Shown here: in pieces, positions 56,401-61,757 of the stretch
How positions within the stretch are numbered: position 1 is the stretch's first letter
Layout of the letters: every line of letters begins with the position of its first letter
Virus record (IMG/VR): IMGVR_UViG_3300031787_000058
Direction: 5' to 3' (one strand)
Source of the DNA: an uncultured virus (IMG/VR IMGVR_UViG_3300031787_000058)
Taxonomy: Duplodnaviria > Heunggongvirae > Uroviricota > Caudoviricetes
Length of the DNA stretch: 64,000 nt
Notes under the pieces: generated by a model
Told to the model about the DNA's origin: nothing
The model's input: only the letters and a program-made list of their open reading frames with translations
Databases searched by the model: none
Made by a program: the position numbers and the translations under genes

Positions 56401-56704
56401 CCCAGTAATCGAAGTAGCGCGCCTTGGCGCCTGCTTTTTCTTCGGGCGAGAGCGCCTGGTACTCCGGCTTGGCTTCAATGTCGGCCCACTTCGGGGCCTT
56501 GCCGAGATCCGGTGTGGTCGGTGCAGTGCTCGCGCGCGGGGGCGCCTTCGGCGGCTCGGCCTTGGGAGGCGTCGGGGCGCTGTTGAATGCGCCGTAGAGA
56601 TCTTCGTTGAGGGTATCGAGCCCAGTGCTCGGCGGTTTGGGGTCGCCTCGAGAACCTGTGCTTGGTGAATCAAAAAGCCCGAGTAGGTTCTCGTTGATGT
56701 CCAT
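41342..56704 (-). CDS. 5120-aa large polyvalent / DarB-like internal virion (ejection) protein
   Basis: N to C: ddrB-ParB-like (QPRDR, GNGR), LPD5/LPD1-like (GEKL.G.RKD, FRGVEFG, AHEW.HALD, EM.ARAFE), N6-MTase (EPTAGNG, NPPF), Strawberry-notch SF2 helicase (GDQTG.GKGR, DESH, SATY), HEILH zincin, PLxRFG (PLMRFG), lytic transglycosylase (QES.G, G.MQ). Confidence 0.92.
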   Translation of the reverse strand: MDINENLLGLFDSPSTGSRGDPKPPSTGLDTLNEDLYGAFNSAPTPPKAEPPKAPPRASTAPTTPDLGKAPKWADIEAKPEYQALSPEEKAGAKARYFDYWVAPNAGSDAASLRDRFLAPPKPAAAPAQKSEEPGMFQRALDSVVGGIANLIEPGTGYLPNEQIPSAMRKVLEAQYRAAPNDIKIEMSTDPGMSAPLEKRAMASIAREMNQRSGLKLPEVGTPVEEQNPITGTARNLTASALKIGPTAVKGVADIAQMATGGNVGKDTSDAMKRGMESIDELVGTKQFNEQQRGFAKVLQDDTKGVGDMFSYLLDNPSVLVDQSITTIGSMFLPAGAAKGAAMVASARGLGQAATTKAAVATSVATIAAQNAADTFTSLEDQPLANRYQAAATSAAVSVLASIATGGGAEGEIARRLAGDLSAGRIGLERVKSFLSAVFREGAQEAGEEAGNIAGEAVGRRELPSAPNAAKRTAFAGTLGGIMGGGVNLVLGGGPQAPVAPPNAPNQERIEPTIGPIPGVEPPAEPPQAEAAPTPPPADTPPPAAAEPVSEDDQALLDYAETRLEQLVSKAEGGFRTIFTDQGEIEQEFPPTPLTERERQEVAALQDANGDLTKLRQLFGAQQNPPTAEEPVDGTQAPEAEQAAPQGQEPGSPAAEVGQAQDPIDGLGALFGGEQAGAATGQAPDETPAEPPRNEREMLDQRRKTTVIAGNEKLDAEWAVVDADEVKASMKEGVNQPRDRTRAASNIQVAEISRNPDFERLSDTSKTMDYGSPTLTSDGVIVGGNGRFEGVSLAYENNMAGEYRKQLEANAARFGLDPGAIRGMKKPVLVRRVTQDADTRRLAIQSNQAAGLQMSDMEQAAVDAERMTALDQIQVDDSGDIPMTANNIQAIKGALKGYTTNELAGFVAADGTIAQSGKRRIRNAILYKAYGKSETLARLIESPNADLKNVGTSLVRAAAQLAQARTVDGYDISQDITEAVETLSQLRAEGRSIEDFLSQIGMFGDTISAEAKEILQFMNDNIRSARAITEYLQEYAAIVQSVENAGDGLFGAMELPTKLDTLRNLRGKNDAANRQGETQGDLLGAGNQPPADGAGETGTPDREQPQGESGDARGSQADEGEAGSQEQVSQPAAEPTALEAWGAKAAAVTKLHERVERLLGNFKQKGWKIPAGGADVLKKELTTNARFAFQEFLDNTPGTSGKSLDARLASFNKALEGMYQEAFRKLVELNPELYAAGSAQSVVNAKEVVDRALANFNAVPKALDEINTLFLMAREYLTGEREALPPKDEKKDKLQNVGEKLWGSRKDLAKKRLGEGKTGDLDKDIQKVLDSASKTRVWNIVQPEGASTGTVVFLTEVRNRFPSLLEYVGSNAGGGRGRYEESFSEATKRKAKDEGIDFLIEEAADYIATMEQMREATRNAMSIAEAKAALDKLIGTIEYERDDRGFSKPKTNLTEFGEIATKYARLIVSDLNDYARRTKEDSSISKGVDRRPPLENIVRENLPDRRNGKDVNGDDFMQAFGFRGVEFGEWVNAAERQANINHAYDALWDLADALNMPAKAISFGGRMGLAFGSRGRGGRAAAHYEPNTNVINLTKTKGDGTVAHEWGHALDHFLTGEMQGFKAGSTASASSKKAVNSLKKALLEKYDIDYAVKTLDRLLAGQSHLRNNKRLGPIETARAYVENKYWKLEGWNIRRATNFKNEADRLGKDYWGTPVEMWARAFEAFVFDELGTRKSPYLVTGWVGEGATSMDTGYKGTPYASGVERAGFNDLFRDLVKNIEWSDEGPKVKDDYVSPTEGRATEVDQAVREAFQKRLDGEKKNDGLYWYQLSESKSKGQPGQPSAVSASGKLVGYPFPLAVEELKEFGMTVASASWQPGEGTIYAKPPAQEEPPAAEPDIDLGNMFDDLMREELAKDKPKTEREMRERQGQSDRGPLTSIQSAGKNTAEGLGNAIDGLGKLFGGNGKLNSGFTFDEETYAKAKPLFIAAAKNFVQAGQDIREAMRAIIRMVLDKFGQVAVENMKPYIVRFISDVQAGKIEFDTEPQEAAPTLENPEGRHEIARQLFVMLAGGQSFATINDARAKIAEITGTPIKAGTEAAKLADETVEAAVVMAGREIVAAGRRLKLSSADIYDRLVALYNRQPNLGVRSSTSVREQAYSTPVPLAFLASELAGITAQTRVLEPTAGNGMLLIGANPASVQANELNANRAAALRQMGFNVTTENAATTQFGARVDAVIANPPFGAVKDADGNTISFTVTPDYTTNEIDHAIAFNALKAMKDDGTAVLIVGGSMAKEDEPRRQDYRGAAKRAFYFKLYNEYNVVDHFTVAGSLYSKQGASYPVDVIVIRGRGTESPRALPASDLPVIIDSFEQLKEKLNGIGSVGAEGNLGSNRTAGGEGADGQRDGAGVGGETRRPGDGDGQQGTPGGDGRGMSGSGRTGNGRSGRGGSVSRDGQSQSENAPNTGDGQQSVSGEGNAKRGSRAGDQGDRSGDVGRSGGLDGQRLESGLTDRRGQEQETGSQVAYTPRSEAASVGTLVPAAMRDSIQESLQRIEDNVGSLDEYVAKALEMDLETARANFSAEQIDALALGIYNAEQGKGFIIGDQTGIGKGRVVAGMIRYALRKGRIPIFVTEKPNLYSDMIRDLDDIGMDEELGLTGEKPRIFMTNSDATVPYSIVRMKGEDITETNLNLKPAKRGEQLSKMMKDMIAANTLGDYRVIFTTYSQLQTVKGQPTERQRFVQHFGRDNFMIFDESHNAGGSGETQARTKGQREAQKEGGSLATGRAAFVRSLVTNAFGTFFSSATYAKRPDVMDLYASTNMKLAVNKISELAEAIKRGGVPMQQIVATMLTQDGQYIRRERTFAGVSYDTQETAVDKETAENMANSMRSILGFSRSKEAAVKAMQKELDKEGKMMGVTGEKTTVQGANFGSIMHNLIDQMLLSLKVQDSLRHAIERLKAGEKVVMTVSNTMGSFLKDYAEEMELNVGDPVSLSFADLYIRYLEKQRMVTIKAPNGQKTKYRLTDKDLGPTLTARYNSILEQIRGSGFGSAPISPIDFMHAELRKAGYKTDEITGRTIALNYSSGTPKLSSRSSDIKQRVNAVRSFNNGAVDVLILNQAGSTGLSLHASSKVKDQRKRHMIIVQPEKNIDTHMQMLGRVHRTGQVVAPAYSQMMADIPAEQRPAAVLLKKMASLNANTTASRKSAVTAEGVVDFMNDYGGQVVQEFLRDNPEIHLSIGGNKIVTLVDDPAEDANEDDIRKFTGYVPILPIKQQEAIYEELIARYNDLIERENSLGTNKLEAKAVDLDAETLSVTPITDAKEENSVFAREANMEQVDVKRTVKPFTSEEVRALVMKRLEDSGMDGANLPAQISRAQITNLRKDGQAFIDANDKRLEDAEADPVRRQQQKDNLGAILNHAMTVLDTYQIGNSIQVKNKDGVLLYGVITDILSTGRTQNPAAGSNWKMQVALANGDAKSLTLSFSQIGSAYELQNVNRINYFNTDTGKAEYGTVYDVFDKGSTARREKRWIVTGNILAGYANWRGQIIQYTKKDGTTSQGVLMNRQFDFEKEQKEAPVRINTTDNAIRFLTEIGRNAAITSTDGNFRIINKGNGYYSIVVPSSKKTGGYYFLDQNITKVTGDFFKSGAQMSVQFGDSNDRLRKVLDVVLAKDDVTLTVQNYLDQARKLLAPKATGPVENMSRSLLENVSRSPAGAFADVAPKVRADGLRRLEKAQARLDEGKITDAEFQLAVKEVIASMRDQRDERAYRDVMSARRRGGDWIKSRMRKAVADGVIPAKEADFAEWLIDQNPAVAEQLGISVRTTAANGTAAANYNPAEKVFTLFKGETEGDSAVHEILHHTERMMPLDVQMGIRKEWEKQWLAAFRAASPERKQAMADMLKASMGDAEAKQRVVKAFQNRVLEFGTDYAFYSPSEFWAVNGARIMDDRFMADQSWVKRAIQWLKEFIERAKGAFGLRSDAPVIKGLKAVIKGDGKFVPGMQLLQNGPDSVAISEEIAGANLGAPTAAGERPTSVENMRRVRNNIVQFWANRRGTIKNFNAYDKSLATQYHKALKDGDFGKVFALTNAILNAVSLTSIRPAELAPGILPKAEDVRSAFATAFGPGQSQRDIKAAADAIFAGTLAGDTVMDGTVWTEAEFMAREGASQAAWALYQQARAAIDASIDELAAAEAYAVAQDMMPREARRQILDDVSRARPTIFGAIDRRLRVLNQTLSQAMLAQNDAAQEEIKAEIKSLEDTREKVLKVFGIAKRLKEAGYAPLMRFGKFAVTVTRIDPVTGLPDRGDDGDSTLFFGRYESESEAKAMRAELERQYAGQSDIEITAAPVSEKSHEMYSGISPETIAIFAETIGEEAAMKNYIENVMSERSALKRRLERKGTPGYSRELPRVLSNFITSNARYASQRYFMKELDRAISRISKKEKGDVRDEAIKLKQFVMNPSDGGAEISSLMFTWFLTGSVAAAAVNTTQTVTTTVPYLSQFASGSDAAKAFSKAMSVSLGKREPDPDLRAALKRASQEGIVDAQEIFHLYSVGAQGVATRLGNIVGAGEQARVRMNGFLTLLGSMFSLAEKFNRKVAFVAAYEIARESGGQNPYAFAVRAVNETQGIYSKANRPNWARNPAGRVILTFKQFSIMYMEMFARMVKKGGPEGKRAALFMLGILMLLAGEEGLPFAQDLNDLIDTLGQMLGFDTNMVRAKRRAAYEIFGEQLGDFMLYGLSSMLPMDWHGRLGLGNLIPGTGLLKPSNENMRTREFAEILGPSAGAATQIADAIDAGFEGKGGKAVQNALPKFAKDIATAAEWGAKGYATDTRGRKITDVDGLDVASKAIGFQPTAVARQQRKVGPVYQDIALQKRVESSIVDKWARGVLDGDQAAIAEASAKLDSWNAKNTDTPIVITPNQIRDRARGMAAERDGRMIKQAPREMRERVRQGLEEAAPAKAAPTTQNAPARPSVRPSAGLDSVPAGRKPPTEAGLGTALAQLVAEEGAAHLLPVIKAIRDQESSGGRDTRTSTDGAQGSMQLIPSTFRAYAKPGERIDNPADNIRVGARYIKDLADKFGNDPAKIAVGYFSGEGNVNRGQGEPWKRDFRDGNGKRVSSYANDIEARIKGREPS
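49186..49578 (-). CDS. Nested +1-frame gene inside the giant gene (130 aa)
   Basis: AAGGAG 7 nt before ATG; 39 of the first 46 codons end in G/C; host frame here is G/R/S junk using CGA, GGA, ACT, TTA. Confidence 0.7.
   Translation of the reverse strand: MALVAWAPKEISAPIELLAAKVPTGSVTEREWVERLADRVTEMASKEPPEATVEACRALGVPETDDPAEAGQYLVMGNLNLRTHLTLAMDNSPFPAKVTPSEEAAQAIKETDLATWVDLAASMVSASSLD
53320..53496 (-). CDS. Nested +1-frame gene inside the giant gene (58 aa)
   Basis: GAGAGGGAAG before ATG; 50 of 58 codons end in G/C; MLPTDKAKPK...GLERLVRRIESNPKVKAAMLEAVRRMKAKQAAKSK. Confidence 0.55.
   Translation of the reverse strand: MLPTDKAKPKATSSAPATSRPQTGLERLVRRIESNPKVKAAMLEAVRRMKAKQAAKSK
54733..54807 (-). 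CDS. Nested +1-frame basic peptide inside the giant gene (24 aa)
   Basis: GAGGA 8 nt before ATG; MAHKPLKPSKQRRKDKNRDRQRQK; 22 of 24 codons end in G/C. Confidence 0.4.
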   Translation of the reverse strand: MAHKPLKPSKQRRKDKNRDRQRQK

Positions 56705-56718
56705 GAGGCGCCTTAGTG

Positions 56719-57813
56719 TTAAGGGATGCCGAGAAGGCCGTCGATACGAGGATCCTTTTTACCGGGTGCCGAGTTATTCGATCCCGCGCCCAAGCCCGGA
56801 TTTGCCGGGATTGCGCTTGCGGAATCGTAGAGCGTGCCGAAGTTGGCGATGTCGTCTTGCGTCGCTGTCTTGCCGATCGCGGTCAGGTTTTCGATGCCCT
56901 TGAGAATGAACTGCTGGCGCGTCATCGACTTCGCCGAGTTCAGGTATTGGAGGGCCTGCTGCTGGCCCATGCCGTGCGCGTCCATGAGGTACGTCACGTC
57001 GCGCTCGAGCGGCCCCATCTTCTCTAATCGGCCGCTGCGGGTTTCGGGAGCGGTGTACGAAGGCTTGTACGTGCCGTCTGGGGAGAGCATTCCCACGGTC
57101 TCACCCGGCTTGACGATAACCTTCTCTCCCGGCTGCTTGACCATGTTCTTGAGTGAATCGAGCGGGATCTGAAATACCGAAGCCCCTGCTGCATCCTGCG
57201 CCACGAACACATTGCGACCGCCCACGTTGATCGTGCCTACACGGACGATCTCCGGGCCTCCGCCTCCGCTGGCCTTGGCCATGTCGTTCATGTACTTGAT
57301 CACGCCAGCGTTGTCGCCACGGCCAAGAAGCGTGGCAAGACCGCCGAGGACTGCCGTCTGCACTTGCTCGCCTTGCAGTACGCCAGCGCGTCGGGCGTCG
57401 GCGACTGCTCGCGGCAGATCTTCGACCTTGACGTTGGACAGCGCGCTGTTGACCTTTGCGTTGTTCGTGTTCGTTTGGGCGTTGAGGTCGTTCGCTTCCT
57501 CGACCGTGCCCTGGCGCGCTGCTGCACGCTCAAGTGAGACCGACTCAATGCCTTGGCGCGCGATCGCGTTCTCGGTTTCGCCCGGGCGGGTGCGCAACTG
57601 CGATCGATTCGCGTCGGCAGTATTCATAGCGCCCGTGACCGCGGCCTCGGTCGCATACGGACGAGTCGTGTCGGCCGCATCGAGCCCGGCCTCCTCGCTT
57701 GTCCACCGCCGAGCCTCGCGCTCTTCGCGGATCTTTTTGTCGCGCTTCTTGTCCTGGTCGTCGAAGAAAGTATTGGCGGCGCGAGTGGCCAAGCCGAGTC
57801 CCATGACGCTCAT
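56719..57813 (-). CDS. Ejection / DNA-transfer protein (P22 gp20-like position)
   Basis: TAAGGAG SD; helical, A/Q/R-rich; second of three genes ending in the giant protein. Confidence 0.7.
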   Translation of the reverse strand: MSVMGLGLATRAANTFFDDQDKKRDKKIREEREARRWTSEEAGLDAADTTRPYATEAAVTGAMNTADANRSQLRTRPGETENAIARQGIESVSLERAAARQGTVEEANDLNAQTNTNNAKVNSALSNVKVEDLPRAVADARRAGVLQGEQVQTAVLGGLATLLGRGDNAGVIKYMNDMAKASGGGGPEIVRVGTINVGGRNVFVAQDAAGASVFQIPLDSLKNMVKQPGEKVIVKPGETVGMLSPDGTYKPSYTAPETRSGRLEKMGPLERDVTYLMDAHGMGQQQALQYLNSAKSMTRQQFILKGIENLTAIGKTATQDDIANFGTLYDSASAIPANPGLGAGSNNSAPGKKDPRIDGLLGIP

Positions 57814-57824
57814 TGCATTTCTCC

Positions 57825-58451
57825 TTACGGCCCGCCGGGCGTAGTCGTCGCGGGCTTGCGGTTCTGCCAAGCATTGATCAGGTTGCTCGTCAGCGTGCCA
57901 AGGCCCGCCGCGGCGTCCGACGCTTGGCCGTACTGGGCTGCGGCCAAACTGGAAAGCGAATTGGCGGATCGACCGGCGCCGGATGCCGCCGTCTGATCGA
58001 GGCCCTTGCCGAGGGCAAGCGCCGTACGCTTGCGGTCGTACGCCGTGTCTCGCACGCCAAGCCGAGCGCGGTTCTGCATTGTGGCGTCTGTCGCGGCCTG
58101 GCTCAGGTCGAGGTTGACCATGGAGGCTTGATAGGCCGGCGAGGACGGGTCAAGGCCAGGCGTGCGGTTGAGTCGCTGCCGCATCTTGCCAAACTGCGTC
58201 GAAACGTCCGCAGACGCTTCGCCAGCGGCCAGCGCGTAATTCTGCGGGGAGTCGTAAGCAAAGGACTCCGCCACGAACTGCTCTTCCAGCGGGGCGTAGA
58301 CTTCCTTGTATCGCTCCCACTGATCGCGGGCAATCTCGGCCTCGAGGTTCGCCGCGTTCGCGGCCGCGTCTTGGGCCTTGTTACCCTTTCGGCTCATGAG
58401 CGCGCCGCCGACAGTGGTGATTGCTGCGCCCGCTACGACTGCCCATGCCAT
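57825..58451 (-). CDS. Ejection / DNA-transfer protein (P22 gp7-like position)
   Basis: G/A-rich hydrophobic N-terminus; A..QW..Y...Y.P.E; G.DPSS. Confidence 0.7.
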   Translation of the reverse strand: MAWAVVAGAAITTVGGALMSRKGNKAQDAAANAANLEAEIARDQWERYKEVYAPLEEQFVAESFAYDSPQNYALAAGEASADVSTQFGKMRQRLNRTPGLDPSSPAYQASMVNLDLSQAATDATMQNRARLGVRDTAYDRKRTALALGKGLDQTAASGAGRSANSLSSLAAAQYGQASDAAAGLGTLTSNLINAWQNRKPATTTPGGP

Positions 58452-58456
58452 GTTGA

Positions 58457-58969
58457 TTACTCCCGGTGCGTCAACGCCGCCGTAAAGCGGTCGTAGTCTT
58501 CAAACGATGCCGCAATCAACTCGTCCTCGAGTGCGTCGAGATCGGTCTCATGCGTGCCGTGGATCGTCGTCCAGATCGTATCTTCGTGAGCGTAACCCGC
58601 ACGCTTGATACCCGGCCCGGACACTAACGTAAACGGGGCTTGCACGCGCTTCACCCCGCTCTCGGTCAGTACCGAGATGTCGCCCTGCGACACAATGTTG
58701 ATCTGGCTGTGCTTGTGGATCTTCCCGACTAGGACCGTACCCTTCGGGATGAACAACTCACGCGCATACACGCCGCGCGAGAAGTGGTGCCGTACCGGCA
58801 ACTCCATCGTCTCGCCGGCCTGCAGCGCCCTCTCAAGGTTCGCCAATTTCTCCCGGATGTCGCGTCCGGGGATCTCGAGTACGGGCCTATTCTCGACAAC
58901 AGTCGGCAGCTGCGCGGCATGGAGCAGCGCGCTTGGGACATCGACAGGCACACGAACGTCGATTTTCAT
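58457..58969 (-). CDS. Cupin-fold phage protein
   Basis: H.F..GVYAR...IP.G...GKIH...G.KR.GYA.ED..W.T.H. Confidence 0.8.
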   Translation of the reverse strand: MKIDVRVPVDVPSALLHAAQLPTVVENRPVLEIPGRDIREKLANLERALQAGETMELPVRHHFSRGVYARELFIPKGTVLVGKIHKHSQINIVSQGDISVLTESGVKRVQAPFTLVSGPGIKRAGYAHEDTIWTTIHGTHETDLDALEDELIAASFEDYDRFTAALTHRE

Positions 58970-58992
58970 GGCCCGATTCTGCCCACCTGTCC

Positions 58993-59316
58993 TCAATTCG
59001 ACGGCTTCGGGTTGGCGTCCTTGACCGCCTTGATGTCCGAGTAGAAAGGCTCGGCCTTGGGCAGCGTGCCCTGATCCATGGCGTGCCAAAGCGCGTCCAG
59101 TTGGTCGCCGATCCGGGGGTAGGCCATGCGCCGCCTGGTCGTGTAAGGCAGGGCAACCGGCACGAGCTCGTCGTTCTCGTTGAACCGCATGTTGACAACA
59201 TCGACACGCTCTTGCGTCGTACGGATCAGCCTCGTGCCGTCTGGGCATTGCGGCGGAAGCGGATGCGTCAGCAGTTCTGGAACGCCATTCGGCAAACGAT
59301 AGAGGTAGTACGTCAT
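58993..59316 (-). CDS. Tail-fibre-associated protein
   Basis: ATGA coupling; YP.I.DQLDALW..K..NPK motif. Confidence 0.7.
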   Translation of the reverse strand: MTYYLYRLPNGVPELLTHPLPPQCPDGTRLIRTTQERVDVVNMRFNENDELVPVALPYTTRRRMAYPRIGDQLDALWHAMDQGTLPKAEPFYSDIKAVKDANPKPSN

Positions 59317-61757
59317 AGGTTTGAGGCTACCAGCGTAACGGACGAGTCGATGTAGACAGTCGCACTTGTGTTGATCGGGAACCAGTTGTCCGGGTTCGAC
59401 CACGTTTCAGGCGGACCGGATGGAGAGTTTGCGCCGTAGTTGTATGCGGTCGGAGCGATCGTGAACTCGATGTACTGATCGTCGTTCAAGTGGAACGGTA
59501 CATTTACCGATATGGTGATCGGCCCGTTGGACGGCCGCGGCTCAGTCACCCATGAGAAGTACGGGAACCAGTCCTTGTAGACAATGTTCGGGAAGTTGGC
59601 TGCCGTGTATGCGGGCCAATCGTTCGCCGTGATGTACGAGCGGATTCGATACCAGACCGACAGGAAGTAATCCACAACAGACGTTGCGATGATCGTGACG
59701 CGGAGCTCTTCGCCCGGATTCATGTGCCTGACGCGCTGGTTGATCGGGACCATGTGATGCCAGTCCGGCGCGTACAGCCGCAGGTTCGTCGTGAAAGCCT
59801 CGACGTAGTTGGTGGCCGCACTTGGACTCCAGGCGCCGTATCCCATAACAGTGATACCGGGCGTAGCAAGCACCGGGTACTTGCTCACGATGTCGATGTA
59901 CTGGCTGCCGGTGTAGATCTTCCCGGCCTCGAGCATTCCCGCGTAGATGTAGACGCCGCTCAACTCCTTGACGTAGGCCGAGCCCATGTACACGCCAACC
60001 GGGATCGTCGATCCGTCCGGGTTTGTGCTCGGCGTGGTCTTGACGACAAACGGCACGGCCGGCGTGATGCCAGGGCCGCTCGGGCTGCCGACGGCGAACG
60101 AGTCAGCGCGCACAATGAACGTCGAGCTTGGCGCGGCATTGTTGGCCGTACTCATCAGGCCGAAGCCTGAGACGTATCCGTTCTGGTCGATCTTGACCGA
60201 ATACTTTGCGTACAGGTCGTTGTCCGCGTTGGCGCGGGTCGTGGCCTCGGTCTGGATCGCAGACGTGTTGGCACCGACCGTTGCTTGAAGCGTGGTGACG
60301 GTCGATGACAGGGACGCGACGCTATTGGTAATCGTCGTGTCTGCCTGCTGCAGCGCGGCGATGTTGTTGTTGACCGTCGAGAACTGCGTTGTAACGCTAT
60401 TCGTTATAGCGTTGTCGCCGTTGATGCGCGCCGTTGTCTCGGTTGTGATCGCGGCCGCGTTTGCCGCGATTCGCGCGTCCGACGACTCGGCCCAAGACGA
60501 CCCGTTCCACCGGTACAGCCTGTTGTTGTCGTCGCTGTCGAGCCACATGTCGTTGACTGCGAGTTGGTACCCGTTGTCAACGGACGTAGGCGCGGACGCC
60601 TGATAGAAGACCTTGGCCTTGTTGTTGGCCGTCGCCGACACGATGTTCAGCTGCGTGGCCTGGTTGGCAGTCGTCGTCTGCAGCGTGCCGATGTTGGTCT
60701 CGGCCGTGCCGACTCGCGTCGTCAGCGAAGTCAGGTTTGTCGCCGTTGTAGCGGTCGTCGATTGCAGCGTCGTAATGTTCGACTCGGCCGTAGTCAACCG
60801 CCCGCCTTGCGAGCTGATGTTGCTCTCGGCGCCATCCATCCGGGTTGTCAGGCTCGTGATCGAGGTTGCCTGATTGCCCGTCGTCGTCTGCAGGGTCGTG
60901 ATGTTCGACTCTGCCGTGTTTACGCGCGTGGTTAGAGAGGTGATCAACGTGGCCTGAGTGGCCGTCGTTTGCTGCAGCGTCGTTATGCTTGACTCCGCGG
61001 TGTCTACCCGCGAGGTCAGGTTCGTCAGCGCCGTGGCCTGAGTGGCCGTCGTCTGTTGCAGCGTGACGATCGAGTTTTCGGCGTTGGTCGTCCGCGTTGT
61101 CAGGCCAGTAATCTGGGTGGCCTGCGTGGCCGTCGTCTGCTGCAGGGTGACGATCGTGTTCTCGGCCGCCGTCGTCCTGGTCTGCAGGCCGGTAATCTGG
61201 GTCGCTTGCGTGGCGGTTGTCTGCTGCAGGGTAAGGATCTGCGATCCCGCCGTGTTGTCGAAGTTCAGGCGCGCCGTGGCCTCGTCTACGAGGTCGGCTG
61301 CAACTTCCGCAATGTCCGCGGCCAGTTGGTTTGCGGAGGCAATCCGAGCGTTAGCCTCGGCCTGCACGGCCGCGATGCGCGCCTGCTGTTCGGCGACGAT
61401 CGCCAGGTCGATGTTGTCGATCCGGGTGCCGAGTTCCTGCCAGAGCAGGGACTCCATGATCTGCCCCTGCACGTCGTTGATCAGGCGGTTGATCTCTGAG
61501 GCGCGCAGCGTTTGGCGCTGTTCGTCCTCGATCGCTGTCACCTTCCCGCGCAGACCAACGACAAGGTTCTCGACGCTTCCGAGTTCGTTCAGCGTGATGA
61601 AGCGGTTTTCCGGCTTGCCCGCGTTTCCGTTGCGGACGTTCCATCCGTCAACGATGGCGCGCACGACAATGCGTGTGTTCTCGTCCTCGATGGCATCGAG
61701 CGCCGCTAGTGGGACGCCAGGTACACCGGCAAGTGATGTTGCCTTCTTGGTGCTCAT
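59313..61757 (-). CDS. Tail fibre / host-specificity protein, DUF1983-like, with 28-aa heptad repeats
   Basis: YSVKID.NGYVSGFGL..FIVRAD.F motif; D.W.D.DD.N..YRW.G..W module. Confidence 0.85.
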   Translation of the reverse strand: MSTKKATSLAGVPGVPLAALDAIEDENTRIVVRAIVDGWNVRNGNAGKPENRFITLNELGSVENLVVGLRGKVTAIEDEQRQTLRASEINRLINDVQGQIMESLLWQELGTRIDNIDLAIVAEQQARIAAVQAEANARIASANQLAADIAEVAADLVDEATARLNFDNTAGSQILTLQQTTATQATQITGLQTRTTAAENTIVTLQQTTATQATQITGLTTRTTNAENSIVTLQQTTATQATALTNLTSRVDTAESSITTLQQTTATQATLITSLTTRVNTAESNITTLQTTTGNQATSITSLTTRMDGAESNISSQGGRLTTAESNITTLQSTTATTATNLTSLTTRVGTAETNIGTLQTTTANQATQLNIVSATANNKAKVFYQASAPTSVDNGYQLAVNDMWLDSDDNNRLYRWNGSSWAESSDARIAANAAAITTETTARINGDNAITNSVTTQFSTVNNNIAALQQADTTITNSVASLSSTVTTLQATVGANTSAIQTEATTRANADNDLYAKYSVKIDQNGYVSGFGLMSTANNAAPSSTFIVRADSFAVGSPSGPGITPAVPFVVKTTPSTNPDGSTIPVGVYMGSAYVKELSGVYIYAGMLEAGKIYTGSQYIDIVSKYPVLATPGITVMGYGAWSPSAATNYVEAFTTNLRLYAPDWHHMVPINQRVRHMNPGEELRVTIIATSVVDYFLSVWYRIRSYITANDWPAYTAANFPNIVYKDWFPYFSWVTEPRPSNGPITISVNVPFHLNDDQYIEFTIAPTAYNYGANSPSGPPETWSNPDNWFPINTSATVYIDSSVTLVASNL
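60640..61240 (-). repeat. In-frame 84-bp (28-aa) tandem repeat, about 7 copies
   Basis: Unit TLQQTTATQATQITGLTTRTTNAENSIV. Confidence 0.9.

Noticed and set aside
55174..56673. Other same-strand alternative-frame ORFs in the giant gene (227 and 140 aa; also 41932..42630 and 44703..45317)
   Set aside because: R/S/P-rich frame-shift composition, no convincing SD-ATG, and the host frame reads as normal protein there, unlike the three nested ORFs reported
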